Part shown: in pieces, positions 43,267 to 53,286 of the stretch
How positions within the stretch are numbered: the stretch's first letter is position 1
Layout: each line of letters starts with the position of its first letter
DNA from: a virus
Taxonomy: Duplodnaviria > Heunggongvirae > Uroviricota > Caudoviricetes
Virus record (IMG/VR): IMGVR_UViG_3300032086_002076
Coordinates: 10,351-74,350 of that record
Length of the DNA: 64,000 bases
Direction: 5' to 3' (one strand)
Notes under the pieces: model-generated
Database searches by the model: none
What the model saw: the letters and a program-made list of their open reading frames with translations, nothing else
Told to the model about the DNA's origin: nothing
Translations under genes and position numbers: made by a program

Positions 43267-45207
43267 ACAGAAATGAGCGAGTACCAAAGTTTCATAGCGT
43301 TAAGTCGTTATGCAAGATGGTTACCCGAAGAAAGAAGAAGAGAAACTTGGGAAGAGACAGTAGGTAGGTACATCAATTTCTGGAAAGATAGAGGACAGAT
43401 TGATGATAGTGTTGCTGAAGAACTTTTCCAAGCTAAAGTTAACTTAGAGGTCATGGGTAGTATGAGGGCTACCATGACAGCAGGTAAGGCTTTAGATAAA
43501 GACAATGTGGCTGGTTTTAATTGTAGTTACTTAGCAGTTGACCACCCTAGGGCTTTTGATGAAACACTTTATATACTTATGTGTGGAACAGGTTTAGGAT
43601 TTTCAGTTGAAAGACAATTCATTAACAAACTTCCAGAAGTAGCAGAGAGTTTCCATGATACAGATACAATTATTAATGTAAGAGACAGTAAGAAAGGTTG
43701 GGCTAAAGCTTATAAAGAACTTATTAGTTTACTCTTCAGTGGTGACGTACCTAAGTGGGATACAAGCAAAGTAAGAGGAGCAGGAGAGAAACTTAAAACC
43801 TTTGGTGGTAGAGCAAGTGGACCTCAACCTTTAGAAGATTTATTCAGATTCACTATTAGAACTTTTAGAGGTGCTGCTGGTAGAAAACTTAATTCACTAG
43901 AATGCCATGACATTATGTGTAAAATAGCTGACATAGTAGTAGTAGGTGGTGTTAGAAGGAGTGCTCTTATAAGCTTATCTAATCTCTCAGATTACAGAAT
44001 AAGAAACGCTAAAAGTGGTCAGTGGTCTACAGATAATCCTCAAAGAGCTTTAGCTAATAATTCTACTTGTTATACAGAGAAACCTGATTTTTCTGCTTTC
44101 TTAAATGAGTGGAAAAGTTTACATGATAGTATGTCTGGTGAAAGAGGTATGTTAAGCCGCCCTGCTATGATTAAACAGGCTGAGAAGAATGGTAGAAGAG
44201 ATATTAATCAAGACTTTGGTACTAACCCTTGTTCAGAGATTATATTAAGACCTAATCAGTTCTGTAACCTCTCAGAAGTAGTTATAAGAGAGAAGGACAC
44301 ACTAGAAGACTTGAAGAGAAAAGTACGCTTAGCAACGATTCTAGGTACACTACAAGCTACTTTAACAGACTTTAAGTACCTCAGACCAGTCTGGAGGAGA
44401 AATACCGAGGAAGAGGCTCTTTTAGGGGTTAGTTTGACAGGTATTATGGATAATCCGGTTATGAGTGGTAGTCCTTGCAAGGATATCTCATGGTTCTTTG
44501 GTGAAAGTAGAGGTGCTAACTATCTAGAGGAAGCTTTAGAAGAACTTAAACAGGTAGCTATTGATACAAACAAGGAATGGGCTGAGAAGTTAGGTATTAA
44601 CCCTTCTGTAGCAATAACTTGCGTTAAACCATCTGGTACGGTTAGTCAACTAGTAGATAGTTCAAGTGGTATCCATGCTAGATTTAGTGAATACTACATA
44701 AGAACAGTTAGGGCTGATAAAAGAGACCCTTTAGCTATTATGATGACTGATGCAGGTTTCCCAGTGGAAGACTGTTTTATGAAGGGAGATACAACACAGA
44801 TATTTAGTTTCCCTTGTAAGAGTCCTAAAAATAGTGTTAAAGTGGAACAACAAACAGCTTTAGAACAATTAAGAGTTTGGAAGGTGTACCAAGATTATTG
44901 GTGTGAACATAAACCTTCAGTCACTGTATATTACAAGGATAGTGAGTTCTTAGAAGTGGGTCAGTGGTTATATAATAACTTCAATGATGTTAGTGGTATT
45001 AGTTTCTTACCCTACTCAGACCACTCCTACGAACAAGCCCCTTATAAGGATTGTGATAAAGAAACTTACGAAAAAGCTTTACAAGCAATGCCAAAAGAAG
45101 TAAAATGGTCATTATTAGGAGAGTATGAGGAGGAAGACAATACCTCATCCACCCAAACTATGGCATGTTCTGGAAGTATCTGCGAGATAGTAGACATAAC
45201 CAGTTAG
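43264..45207 (+). CDS. nrdJ: ribonucleotide reductase, class II (adenosylcobalamin-dependent, NrdJ-like)
   Basis: 647-aa single-chain RNR with TNPCSEIIL active-site motif and overall class II organisation. Confidence 0.65.
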   Translation: MTEMSEYQSFIALSRYARWLPEERRRETWEETVGRYINFWKDRGQIDDSVAEELFQAKVNLEVMGSMRATMTAGKALDKDNVAGFNCSYLAVDHPRAFDETLYILMCGTGLGFSVERQFINKLPEVAESFHDTDTIINVRDSKKGWAKAYKELISLLFSGDVPKWDTSKVRGAGEKLKTFGGRASGPQPLEDLFRFTIRTFRGAAGRKLNSLECHDIMCKIADIVVVGGVRRSALISLSNLSDYRIRNAKSGQWSTDNPQRALANNSTCYTEKPDFSAFLNEWKSLHDSMSGERGMLSRPAMIKQAEKNGRRDINQDFGTNPCSEIILRPNQFCNLSEVVIREKDTLEDLKRKVRLATILGTLQATLTDFKYLRPVWRRNTEEEALLGVSLTGIMDNPVMSGSPCKDISWFFGESRGANYLEEALEELKQVAIDTNKEWAEKLGINPSVAITCVKPSGTVSQLVDSSSGIHARFSEYYIRTVRADKRDPLAIMMTDAGFPVEDCFMKGDTTQIFSFPCKSPKNSVKVEQQTALEQLRVWKVYQDYWCEHKPSVTVYYKDSEFLEVGQWLYNNFNDVSGISFLPYSDHSYEQAPYKDCDKETYEKALQAMPKEVKWSLLGEYEEEDNTSSTQTMACSGSICEIVDITS

Positions 45208-45213
45208 ATTATA

Positions 45214-45240
45214 GGGAGGGCTTCGGCTCTCCTTTTTTTT
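45214..45240 (+). terminator. intrinsic terminator (TTCG tetraloop hairpin followed by a T8 run)
   Basis: gggagggcTTCGgctctcc followed by tttttttt, immediately after the RNR stop. Confidence 0.65.
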
Positions 45241-45410
45241 GGTTAAATTTTAGGAGAAAATTATGCACTTGTTAGGGAAGATTATTATTACCTTCATTAT
45301 TTTGTATTACGGTAGTTACCTTGTTTATTTTGAAGAAGGTAATATAATTGAGAGTATAGGTACTTGCTTTATCATAGGTTTATTATTAGTGTGGTTGTGG
45401 GTGTGATTGT

Positions 45411-45677
45411 TTGGAGGTTAATGTGAACAGATTAAAAAAGAATGCTTGGTTTATAAAGAACCCTACTGGGAAGTTAAAAGATTCAATATGGTTTGTTTAT
45501 TACATGAGGGAACCTGTTTTTGGTAAGAAAAGAAAAGAGAAATGGAAAAAAGAAAATAGAGAACATTGGAGGAATATTCTTAAAAATTTAGATTTACCAA
45601 GAGCTGTAGATAAGTTCCATATAAGGTCAACAGGTATTGGTGCATTTGTGATATATGAAGGAGAAAGTAATGAATAA
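45411..45677 (+). CDS. hypothetical basic protein
   Basis: 88-aa ORF. Confidence 0.4.
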   Translation: MEVNVNRLKKNAWFIKNPTGKLKDSIWFVYYMREPVFGKKRKEKWKKENREHWRNILKNLDLPRAVDKFHIRSTGIGAFVIYEGESNE

Positions 45678-45858
45678 TAAACAATTAAAAATTCTAACAA
45701 TGTCTTTAATAATTCTTGTATTTGGTCAATTATACGGTATCATTATCTTTGATATAATGCCAGAAGGTCACAGAGGTATGATTTACTTTATAACAATATT
45801 ATTTGAAGCTTTTATAACTTTGATATTAGTTATTGAAGTAAAGGTATTTAAAAAATGA
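45655..45858 (+). CDS. small membrane protein
   Basis: Two hydrophobic segments in 67 aa. Confidence 0.4.
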   Translation: MKEKVMNNKQLKILTMSLIILVFGQLYGIIIFDIMPEGHRGMIYFITILFEAFITLILVIEVKVFKK

Positions 45859-46286
45859 TTCTTAATAAGAAAATAGTACCTAATTTCACTAGTAGGGAAA
45901 CTATAGAAGATAGAATATGGTGGAAGATGTGTGATTATAATATGGGTATGCCAGTACCTCTTAATAAAGCAGACCTTTCGGAAAGTTTTGTTTATGATAG
46001 AAAGTTTGGTGTATTTCCTGTAGGGAGATGTTATCATCAATTTGTTATGGCTACACTTCAAGCTTGGAACCTTGGTAAAGAAGACTACCTAGATATTGAA
46101 AAAGAGGAAGTAGGTTCTAAAAGACACCATTTTGATGTTTATGATATCTCTGATTTCTACTTGACAAACACAGTAGGAACATGTTATCTTTCCTCTATCA
46201 GCAGTACAGTACAAGCTGGAAAGAAAGGTAACCTTAATTCTAGAGAATTAGATTATTTTTACCCAGTACGTTATAATAGAGATTAG
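45855..46286 (+). CDS. hypothetical protein
   Basis: 143-aa ORF. Confidence 0.5.
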   Translation: MILNKKIVPNFTSRETIEDRIWWKMCDYNMGMPVPLNKADLSESFVYDRKFGVFPVGRCYHQFVMATLQAWNLGKEDYLDIEKEEVGSKRHHFDVYDISDFYLTNTVGTCYLSSISSTVQAGKKGNLNSRELDYFYPVRYNRD

Positions 46287-46298
46287 GAGGAAACAAGT

Positions 46299-46715
46299 TT
46301 GACTAGAATTAATTGTGTACCAGTAGAGTGTTTAACAAAATCACACCTAATGGCTGAATATAAAGAGAGTACTAGACCTTTTAATAAAGTAACTAAAAGG
46401 TTAGATAAAAACACTATGGTTAAAGTTAAAATACCTGAAAAATATTGTTTAGGTAAAGGTCATGAAACTTTCTTCTTTGACAAACTTATGTGGTTATTGG
46501 ACAGGAGGCAAGATATTTTTGATGAACTAATAAAAAGAGGTTTTAATTTAAATGTTAAACAGTTCATGGAAATACAGACAGACTTACATGATAAGTTTTT
46601 TAAAACAAAATATGGAGGGTATTGGGAACCTTCACCAGAGGACATGTATCTGAATATGTCTAGATTAGTTAAAAGAAGTAATATCGTTGAAGTTACTGAG
46701 GAATTAAGTTGTTAA
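46299..46715 (+). CDS. denV: pyrimidine-dimer DNA glycosylase (T4 endonuclease V, DenV)
   Basis: MTRINCVPV..LTKSHLMAEYKE..RPF matches the T4 DenV N-terminus [28 protein letters not shown]; also GKGHETFFFDKL vs GAGHVTFFYDKL and KRGFN. Confidence 0.8.
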   Translation: MTRINCVPVECLTKSHLMAEYKESTRPFNKVTKRLDKNTMVKVKIPEKYCLGKGHETFFFDKLMWLLDRRQDIFDELIKRGFNLNVKQFMEIQTDLHDKFFKTKYGGYWEPSPEDMYLNMSRLVKRSNIVEVTEELSC

Positions 46716-46733
46716 TAAAAAGAGGATGGTAAA

Positions 46734-47150
46734 ATGGGTTGTTTTAGTTTTTTATGTAAAGAGTGTGGTAAGGGTATTAGGTCTAATAGTTTCTCTGGAG
46801 AGAAATGTGAGCTATTCTTATTAGATACGGGTGCTGTAATTCAGCATATGTCTGGTCAGTATGATTCTTATGGTAGAGTCTTCATAGAAGGTACTCAGTC
46901 AAAGAAAGTAAAACACCCTCTTATGGAATCTCAAAAATGGAATTTAAGATGGGGTAAGGTGGTTGATTTAATGTTTGATGATGACCCTAGAAGTGGTATT
47001 GCAGCCTATCATTCTAAATGTTGGAAGGGTAACACACCGGAAAGTATTTCTGAAGGAGACCCTAATCAAGGTTGGGGAGAAGGAGAAGAAGAAGAAGAAG
47101 AGGATGAATGTTTAATATCTAATATAGACCAAGGTTATAAATATGATTAG
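46734..47150 (+). CDS. hypothetical Cys-containing protein
   Basis: 138-aa ORF. Confidence 0.45.
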   Translation: MGCFSFLCKECGKGIRSNSFSGEKCELFLLDTGAVIQHMSGQYDSYGRVFIEGTQSKKVKHPLMESQKWNLRWGKVVDLMFDDDPRSGIAAYHSKCWKGNTPESISEGDPNQGWGEGEEEEEEDECLISNIDQGYKYD

Positions 47151-47340
47151 TGGTACAATGACAGAAGAAAGAAGAAAAGAATTACATGAAAACTACGACC
47201 TTAATTTGACTAAAGAGGAGTTAGAAGAGGGTTACAGATTTTGTTGTGAGTTTGATGGTCTTCTTATTCATAAATCAGATTATGAGGCAGAGGTTTGTCC
47301 TTGTCTAATAGAACAGAAGAGGTATAAAAATGAGAATTAA
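47143..47340 (+). CDS. hypothetical protein
   Basis: 65-aa ORF. Confidence 0.35.
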   Translation: MISGTMTEERRKELHENYDLNLTKEELEEGYRFCCEFDGLLIHKSDYEAEVCPCLIEQKRYKNEN

Positions 47341-47593
47341 TATTTACAGTCAAGAGTTAACAGATGAAGTTAAGACTTTTACAAAGGAGAGTGACACAGG
47401 TATTAACTACCCTGCTGTGCAAATGATGTTACATTCTTCTGATAAACTTCATCACACACCAGATGATGATGATAGGAGTGCTGTTACTTTCTGGTTACCT
47501 AAATCAGAACATAGGAGAGAATCATTAGCTAAAGCTTTCGATAAAATGGCACAGTTTGTTAGAGAGGCTGAACCTGAGTTAGGTTTAGACTGA
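47330..47593 (+). CDS. hypothetical protein
   Basis: 87-aa ORF. Confidence 0.4.
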   Translation: MRINIYSQELTDEVKTFTKESDTGINYPAVQMMLHSSDKLHHTPDDDDRSAVTFWLPKSEHRRESLAKAFDKMAQFVREAEPELGLD

Positions 47594-47611
47594 GTATACT
47601 AGGAGGATAGA

Positions 47612-47785
47612 ATGAAAATAACACTTAATTATCAAGAGATTAAAGAAGCTTTAATAAAAGCTGTAGAAGAAAAGACACAACATGTTTTTGGAGGGATTAG
47701 CCAAGACGATTGCTATTTCTGTAATGAAGACTATGATTTCTCAGAATTGGAGTTTGTTTGTGGAATAGAAGAACTAGAGAGGTAA
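47612..47785 (+). CDS. small ORF (57 aa, absent from the ORF track)
   Basis: RBS aggagg followed by ATG; fills an intergenic gap. Confidence 0.35.
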   Translation: MKITLNYQEIKEALIKAVEEKTQHVFGGISQDDCYFCNEDYDFSELEFVCGIEELER

Positions 47786-47791
47786 ATAGAA

Positions 47792-48178
47792 ATGATTAAG
47801 AGTGTGGTATTTTGTGATTTATGTGGAAAATATATATCAAATGAAACAGAAGGTGTAAGTTTCTTCAAGAGTCATGGTATTGTAAACCGAAGAATACTTG
47901 AACATACTACAGAGCATGATGTCTGTCTGTGTAGCGAATGTTTAAAAGCAATAAACATTGACACTGATGAAGATAAAGCTTATACTGCTGAACTAGAAGC
48001 AGATAACGCTATACTAAAAGAAGGTATAAAGTGTGTAAGAGAACTAATAGATGATTCTAGTGGTGTCGCAGGTTTACACCTCAATGGTGTTGTTTCTTCT
48101 TGGGAAAGTTTAGAGGAAGGTGGTGAGAATGAAGAATGGTTAATGTCTTTTAATGATGCTGAAGAAATACTAAAATAA
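47792..48178 (+). CDS. zinc-finger-containing hypothetical protein
   Basis: CDLCG...CLCSEC. Confidence 0.45.
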   Translation: MIKSVVFCDLCGKYISNETEGVSFFKSHGIVNRRILEHTTEHDVCLCSECLKAINIDTDEDKAYTAELEADNAILKEGIKCVRELIDDSSGVAGLHLNGVVSSWESLEEGGENEEWLMSFNDAEEILK

Positions 48179-48185
48179 GGAGTAG

Positions 48186-48515
48186 ATGATGAGTGACCCT
48201 AGAAGTATTATAAGAGAAGCTGAACATGGTTTAATTTGTGGAGATAGTGAATTACAAAAAGTTTTAGGTATTGCTTCTGATTTAATATCTGAGTTAGATT
48301 TTAAAATTAGAGAACTTAAAACCCAACTCTCTGAATCAGAATATTTTGAATCTGTAGGGTACAAGAAAGTATTACAACTAGAAGAACAATTAAAAGAAAC
48401 AGTACCTAAAGCAAAGATTAAAGAACATTTATATGAATCAAACACAGTTTCTTTTTGGGTTTCTGATAGTTCAGCTTATAAGTATCTAGAGAAAGTATTA
48501 GAGAAGGAACTTTAA
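48186..48515 (+). CDS. hypothetical coiled-coil protein
   Basis: 109-aa ORF; preferred over the antisense ORF 48170..48445. Confidence 0.45.
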   Translation: MMSDPRSIIREAEHGLICGDSELQKVLGIASDLISELDFKIRELKTQLSESEYFESVGYKKVLQLEEQLKETVPKAKIKEHLYESNTVSFWVSDSSAYKYLEKVLEKEL

Positions 48516-48516
48516 A

Positions 48517-48654
48517 ATGTTATTAGAGGAAATGGACTGTTCAAATTGCGGAGAAGGTACAGGTTCTTGGTTTGAACCTTCAGGAGCACCACAATATCAC
48601 TTTTTCTACTGTGAACATTGTAAAGAAGAAATAGAGGACTCTGAGGAGGATTAA
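48517..48654 (+). CDS. small zinc-ribbon ORF (45 aa, absent from the ORF track)
   Basis: CSNCG...CEHC. Confidence 0.3.
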   Translation: MLLEEMDCSNCGEGTGSWFEPSGAPQYHFFYCEHCKEEIEDSEED

Positions 48655-48657
48655 TTT

Positions 48658-49194
48658 ATGGACTATTTAAGAAACCATTGCTGGTGTACTAAGTCTCACT
48701 GGGATGGTAAAATGTTTGACTGTCAAATAATTGTAACATTAAAGTCACATAAGAATGGTTATGTAGAAGATTGGAAGAATTTAACACATGAGGTTAAACT
48801 TTTTAGTCAAGAAAAATACGAAGAAGATATTAAGTACCTAGATTTCCTAAAAGAAAAGTTCCCTGATAATTTCGATGAAGATTATGCAAAGGAAGTTAGA
48901 GAAAGTGATGAAACTGGTAGAAGAAAAACTAGAGTTCTTAAACCAGATGTGTTACAATGGTTAGAAGATAATATAGAAGATTTCAAAGGTGGTAAAGGTT
49001 GGTGTGTTGGTAACAATGATTATGTTGTTAACGACATTAGTACAGGTTTATCTATCTTTATGCAACGTAGAAAAGATGCTATGAAGTTTATAAAGACTTG
49101 GAGTAAATGGAAAAAACCTATAAACTATTGTCAGTACTTCACAGATGTTAGAAAGAAATTAAACTTAAAAACTTTAAAATACGAGGTTGTATAA
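48658..49194 (+). CDS. hypothetical protein
   Basis: 178-aa ORF. Confidence 0.5.
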   Translation: MDYLRNHCWCTKSHWDGKMFDCQIIVTLKSHKNGYVEDWKNLTHEVKLFSQEKYEEDIKYLDFLKEKFPDNFDEDYAKEVRESDETGRRKTRVLKPDVLQWLEDNIEDFKGGKGWCVGNNDYVVNDISTGLSIFMQRRKDAMKFIKTWSKWKKPINYCQYFTDVRKKLNLKTLKYEVV

Positions 49195-49296
49195 CATGTG
49201 GGTTAGAATAGATGATGAATGATAACGATGACGACTGGTTTTTTTGGTTTATTTTTTTACTTATAGTTGCTTTTATTGCATGGGGGATGATGATGA

Positions 49297-49530
49297 ATGA
49301 GTGAATTTAATAGAGAAAACAGATATTTAGTTTTTAAGAGAAAAGATATTGCTAAATATCTAAATCAAGAGGATGTGTGTAATTTGGTTCATATCAGCAA
49401 CGATATTAAAGATGGTAGGGTCGAGGATGGTAAAGAGGGTCTTTCTTGTGTTGTAGTTGAATCAGACTGGCCTATTTATGAAAAAGTATGGAGCATGGTT
49501 GAAGAATCGGCTACCAATCACAAGGAGTAG
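49297..49530 (+). CDS. hypothetical protein
   Basis: 77-aa ORF. Confidence 0.4.
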   Translation: MSEFNRENRYLVFKRKDIAKYLNQEDVCNLVHISNDIKDGRVEDGKEGLSCVVVESDWPIYEKVWSMVEESATNHKE

Positions 49531-49665
49531 ATGATGGCATTATTTCCAATGACAGATTATGCAGTACGTAAAACTCAGAGATGGTTTATCCCGTTTCTAA
49601 TAGTCGCAATCGCTGGTCTAGTTTTCTTGTATTTTTATTTTAACTGATAAGGAAGGTAACGAGAA

Positions 49666-49905
49666 ATGAAATTTATATTAAAATGGATAATTGTTTTTTC
49701 ACTGATATGGCTTAGTGCATATTTACTTATGTCAACACTTGAATATAAATGGTTAGACCCTTTTCTATATTTTTCTAGATGGACACTAGAGAGTACTACT
49801 AAAGACCAAAGATTAGGTCTTATTATATTGTTACTTGTCAATTTGTTTGTTTCTCTAGGTATAACTATAAAAATTGAAGAGTATATAGAGGGGGTGAATT
49901 TATGA
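49666..49905 (+). CDS. small membrane protein
   Basis: Three hydrophobic segments with RBS aaggaagg. Confidence 0.4.
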   Translation: MKFILKWIIVFSLIWLSAYLLMSTLEYKWLDPFLYFSRWTLESTTKDQRLGLIILLLVNLFVSLGITIKIEEYIEGVNL

Positions 49906-50234
49906 AGAAGTTAACATATAAACAAGTAAGAGATTTGAGTGATACTGGTTTAACCAAAGGTATTGCTAAGTTGTTAGGTTTATGCCCGATTGTTGAAGGT
50001 AATAAAATACTAACAACACTACACTATGTACATGTGGATGGAACTGTTGACTACCTTAACAACTGGAATGATTTAATGCCTTTGGTAGAAAAATACAATA
50101 TCGGTTCAGGTTTTTGGGGTAATAAAGCACAAGCTTACAGAAATGATGTAGATGATTGTTATTCTATAAGTTTACAGAGAGCGTATGCTGAGTGTTTGTA
50201 TTTGATATTACAAGAGGAAACCGACAATGATTAA
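49902..50234 (+). CDS. hypothetical protein
   Basis: 110-aa ORF with RBS agggggtg. Confidence 0.5.
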   Translation: MKKLTYKQVRDLSDTGLTKGIAKLLGLCPIVEGNKILTTLHYVHVDGTVDYLNNWNDLMPLVEKYNIGSGFWGNKAQAYRNDVDDCYSISLQRAYAECLYLILQEETDND

Positions 50235-50478
50235 AAAAATAGTTGATATTGAAGATTTTGAGTTATACCAATACTATTGGTGTAGTTTTAATTGTGGTTG
50301 GTTGATAGGTAGGGTTATTATAACAGACCCTCTCAAAGTGTCAGGTAAGAAGAGTTGGAGAATAAGAGCTACTCCATTAAATGATAATAGTGATTATGTA
50401 TTCGATTTAGAAACAGCTATAAAGGTTTTTGTAGGTGGTATAGTAAAGGCTGAACTACCTTCTTTTATGAAAGATTGA
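50227..50478 (+). CDS. hypothetical protein
   Basis: 83-aa ORF. Confidence 0.4.
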   Translation: MIKKIVDIEDFELYQYYWCSFNCGWLIGRVIITDPLKVSGKKSWRIRATPLNDNSDYVFDLETAIKVFVGGIVKAELPSFMKD

Positions 50479-50541
50479 TTTGCATTCTATAAAAATTTAG
50501 TGTATTATACATAAACAATGTAGAGAGTAGGAGGACAGTTA

Positions 50542-50976
50542 ATGTATAAAATAGAAAATAAGTTACCAGAAGAGGTAAAAGAGATAACAGCAGAGGGTTG
50601 GAGAATAGTCTCTTTCTTAGGTTATGAATCTGTAGAAATTGTAGATTACAATGAAGATATTTGTACACACTTAGTAGCTGTCAATCCAGTAGGTGAGCAA
50701 GTAGGTATTCTAAGTTTCTACACAGACACAAGTATTAAAGGTAACGAAGCTAATATTCACCTACTCTACATAAAAGACAGACATAGAGGAAAAGGTATAG
50801 GTAAGAAATTAATTAAAGAGTTAGTTAATTATTGTGAAAACTTCGATATAGAGAGTGTTTGTACTGAATTCAATATATTTAATGGTATAGCTACTAAGTT
50901 CTTCTACAAAAATTTATACAGAGGTAGTACAGATGAATATAAGGCTTACAGAACAAGAGTAGAGGATTTAGTATGA
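50542..50976 (+). CDS. GNAT-family N-acetyltransferase
   Basis: Motif A RHRGKGIGKKLIKEL. Confidence 0.55.
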   Translation: MYKIENKLPEEVKEITAEGWRIVSFLGYESVEIVDYNEDICTHLVAVNPVGEQVGILSFYTDTSIKGNEANIHLLYIKDRHRGKGIGKKLIKELVNYCENFDIESVCTEFNIFNGIATKFFYKNLYRGSTDEYKAYRTRVEDLV

Positions 50977-51377
50977 TTAAACAAAACGCAATAAGAACAC
51001 CAGACGGTACTTTTTTGAATAGTACTCACAGACATGATTATAAAACACATACAGATACTGTTTCTGGTGAAAAATATATGGTAGATGGTGGTTTAGATTA
51101 TTACAGAGGAACTTTTAACAATGTAAAACCAGAGAGTTTTCATTTAAATGGTGATGAACCTTTTGAAGTTTTAAGAGATAAATTCTTATGGGGTTCTTAC
51201 GGTATATTTGGTGATGAACCTCTAAAGTGGAATATTCTATCAGAGATGGATGAATCTCATATTAAAGCTCTTATAAGATTATTTAAAGAATCTTCAAGAA
51301 GTAATAGTGAAAGATTAAAACTATTTATTAAAGAATTACAGTACAGAAAAAATAATGGTTTATTGAGGAGGAGATAG
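50973..51377 (+). CDS. hypothetical protein
   Basis: 134-aa ORF. Confidence 0.45.
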   Translation: MIKQNAIRTPDGTFLNSTHRHDYKTHTDTVSGEKYMVDGGLDYYRGTFNNVKPESFHLNGDEPFEVLRDKFLWGSYGIFGDEPLKWNILSEMDESHIKALIRLFKESSRSNSERLKLFIKELQYRKNNGLLRRR

Positions 51378-51379
51378 AT

Positions 51380-51559
51380 ATGAGTAAAACAAGAGTTATT
51401 GTAGAAGAAGAAGGTTATGTTTATAAAGAAATTGGAGGGTATATAGATGGTTACCTTATGGATAACTTCAACAAACCTCATGCAATTGTTATTCTAGATA
51501 ATGATGATGAAGTAAGATGTTTACCCATAGATGAGCTTCAGGTTGTTTTTGATGAGTGA
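51380..51559 (+). CDS. small ORF (59 aa, absent from the ORF track)
   Basis: RBS gaggagg followed by ATG. Confidence 0.35.
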   Translation: MSKTRVIVEEEGYVYKEIGGYIDGYLMDNFNKPHAIVILDNDDEVRCLPIDELQVVFDE

Positions 51560-51725
51560 AGAAAAAGAAGAAGATTTAAGTTTTTTATTAAAATACACTG
51601 ATAAGCAGTTGACAAAATACGTTAAGAAGAAGTATAATATGTCTGAGAGTTCAGCAAAGAACTATATAAAAGCTTTTAGAAGTGTATCTGGAACTAAGAC
51701 TAAGAGGAGGAAGAAAACAAAATGA
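51531..51725 (+). CDS. hypothetical basic protein
   Basis: 64-aa ORF. Confidence 0.35.
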   Translation: MSFRLFLMSEEKEEDLSFLLKYTDKQLTKYVKKKYNMSESSAKNYIKAFRSVSGTKTKRRKKTK

Positions 51726-51952
51726 GCGACTTTTTAGAGAGATTTGAAGGTAGAAACCTTCCCTCGTCTGTAACCAATGCTTTAAGAGAAGCAGATGAAT
51801 TAATTGATGATTATAAACAAAGTTTAATAGAAATGCACTCAGCTAATTTAGAAGACCTTATATGGGATATAAAACATAATAAGATTAAGGTTGTAGATTT
51901 AACGTGGGACTTAGAAAGATTATTCGAGTTTATTGATGAGAAAGAAATTTAA
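51722..51952 (+). CDS. hypothetical protein
   Basis: 76-aa ORF. Confidence 0.4.
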   Translation: MSDFLERFEGRNLPSSVTNALREADELIDDYKQSLIEMHSANLEDLIWDIKHNKIKVVDLTWDLERLFEFIDEKEI

Positions 51953-52139
51953 GATAAAGTACCCTGTTAGTTATCATGATGAAAAGTTAGCAGGAACTAT
52001 TTACAAACCTAAGAATAAAAAGATGGTAGTTATGAACACTGGTGGAGTATTCTTTCTGTTTTCAGGAGAGGATTACTACCCTTCTATTCAAAAGCTATCT
52101 GATGTGTTACCAGCATATGATGTAGAATGGAACGATTAA
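51933..52139 (+). CDS. hypothetical protein
   Basis: 68-aa ORF. Confidence 0.35.
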   Translation: MMRKKFKIKYPVSYHDEKLAGTIYKPKNKKMVVMNTGGVFFLFSGEDYYPSIQKLSDVLPAYDVEWND

Positions 52140-52208
52140 GTTTTAAACTACACATACCGGAAGGTAGCACCGGATTTTGCTATCCACAACAAAAGGAAAT
52201 ATAATATT

Positions 52209-52508
52209 ATGTTAAAAAAAGTAGCAATACTCTTACTAGCTTTATCCACAGCTTTGACTTTCAGTGTTTCAGCTAATGAAATGTCTAGTGATAATCAAGA
52301 GTTTTTCTCTATTAAGGCAATGGATGTTATTAAGGTTGCCCCAAGAGACCCTTATACACGATGTAAGAAGTTAAGAAAAGGTCATCCAAATTGTCCTGAT
52401 AATGTTTTAGAAATTCTTATCAATGAATTGATTCTAGAACCTTTGAAACTTAAGTGTAAAAAGGCTAAGACTTGTAGAAATGAACCTCTCGATGGTAAAG
52501 TAGCTTAG
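52209..52508 (+). CDS. secreted small protein (signal peptide, Cys-rich)
   Basis: MLKKVAILLLALSTALTFSVSANE signal-like N-terminus with 5 Cys in the mature part. Confidence 0.45.
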   Translation: MLKKVAILLLALSTALTFSVSANEMSSDNQEFFSIKAMDVIKVAPRDPYTRCKKLRKGHPNCPDNVLEILINELILEPLKLKCKKAKTCRNEPLDGKVA

Positions 52509-52515
52509 TTATACG

Positions 52516-52543
52516 AACCCTCATTAATTTGAGGGTTTTAATT
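52516..52543 (+). terminator. intrinsic terminator
   Basis: aaccctca-ttaatt-tgagggtt followed by ttaatt. Confidence 0.45.
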
Positions 52544-53032
52544 AGAGGAGGTTTTATGAATATAGTTTTCTTAGATATAGATGGTGTTTTAAATTCTAGA
52601 AATATGGAAAAAGATGATGTAGTGTTATTAGATAGTTGGAGACTGTGTAGAAGAAAAATCAATATTATTAATAGGTTTACAAAGGTAACTGAATCTAAGA
52701 TAGTTCTATCTTCTGTTTGGAGAGATTTTGAGGATATCGATAATAAACTTAAAGACTGTGGTTTAGAAGCAGAGATTATAGGTCACACCCCTCATGGTGG
52801 TAGAATGTCTGTCAGAGGTAATGAAATACACCAATGGTTAAAAGATAATGAAAAAATACTAGGTACATCATACTATTACTTTCATAATTATGTTATATTT
52901 GATGATGATAGTGATATGCTTTTATGGCAAAAAGAAAACTTCTTTGCTTGTGATAATAGTGTAGGCATAACAGAGAATGTAACTTACAGGGCTAGAATGT
53001 TTTTAGAAAGAACTACCAGTAAAGGTTATTAA
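52529..53032 (+). CDS. HAD-superfamily phosphatase (5'-nucleotidase-like)
   Basis: Motif I FLDIDGVLN. Confidence 0.5.
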   Translation: MRVLIRGGFMNIVFLDIDGVLNSRNMEKDDVVLLDSWRLCRRKINIINRFTKVTESKIVLSSVWRDFEDIDNKLKDCGLEAEIIGHTPHGGRMSVRGNEIHQWLKDNEKILGTSYYYFHNYVIFDDDSDMLLWQKENFFACDNSVGITENVTYRARMFLERTTSKGY

Positions 53033-53034
53033 TT

Positions 53035-53286
53035 ATGGATAAGAATGACAAGCGTTACAGAAAACTAATGATGAAAGCGATAAATGTTGCTAGAACTAGT
53101 TGTTTACATGTTGAAAAACCTTGCTCTAAACAATCTGGATTAAGAGTTATAAAAGATTTTGAAAAAGTTAATGGTATATCTTTTGACCCTAGTAATCAAT
53201 TACATTTGGGGAGAGTGGCTGGTATGGCACACCACTCCAATTTTCTTAGAAGAGCTAAAAGAATAATAAGGAGAGAAATAAAATGA
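53035..53286 (+). CDS. hypothetical protein
   Basis: 83-aa ORF. Confidence 0.4.
   Translation: MDKNDKRYRKLMMKAINVARTSCLHVEKPCSKQSGLRVIKDFEKVNGISFDPSNQLHLGRVAGMAHHSNFLRRAKRIIRREIK

Noticed and set aside
48170-48445. 91-aa minus-strand ORF
   Set aside because: It is antisense to plus-strand ORFs 47792-48178 and 48186-48515, which are collinear with the surrounding plus-strand block.
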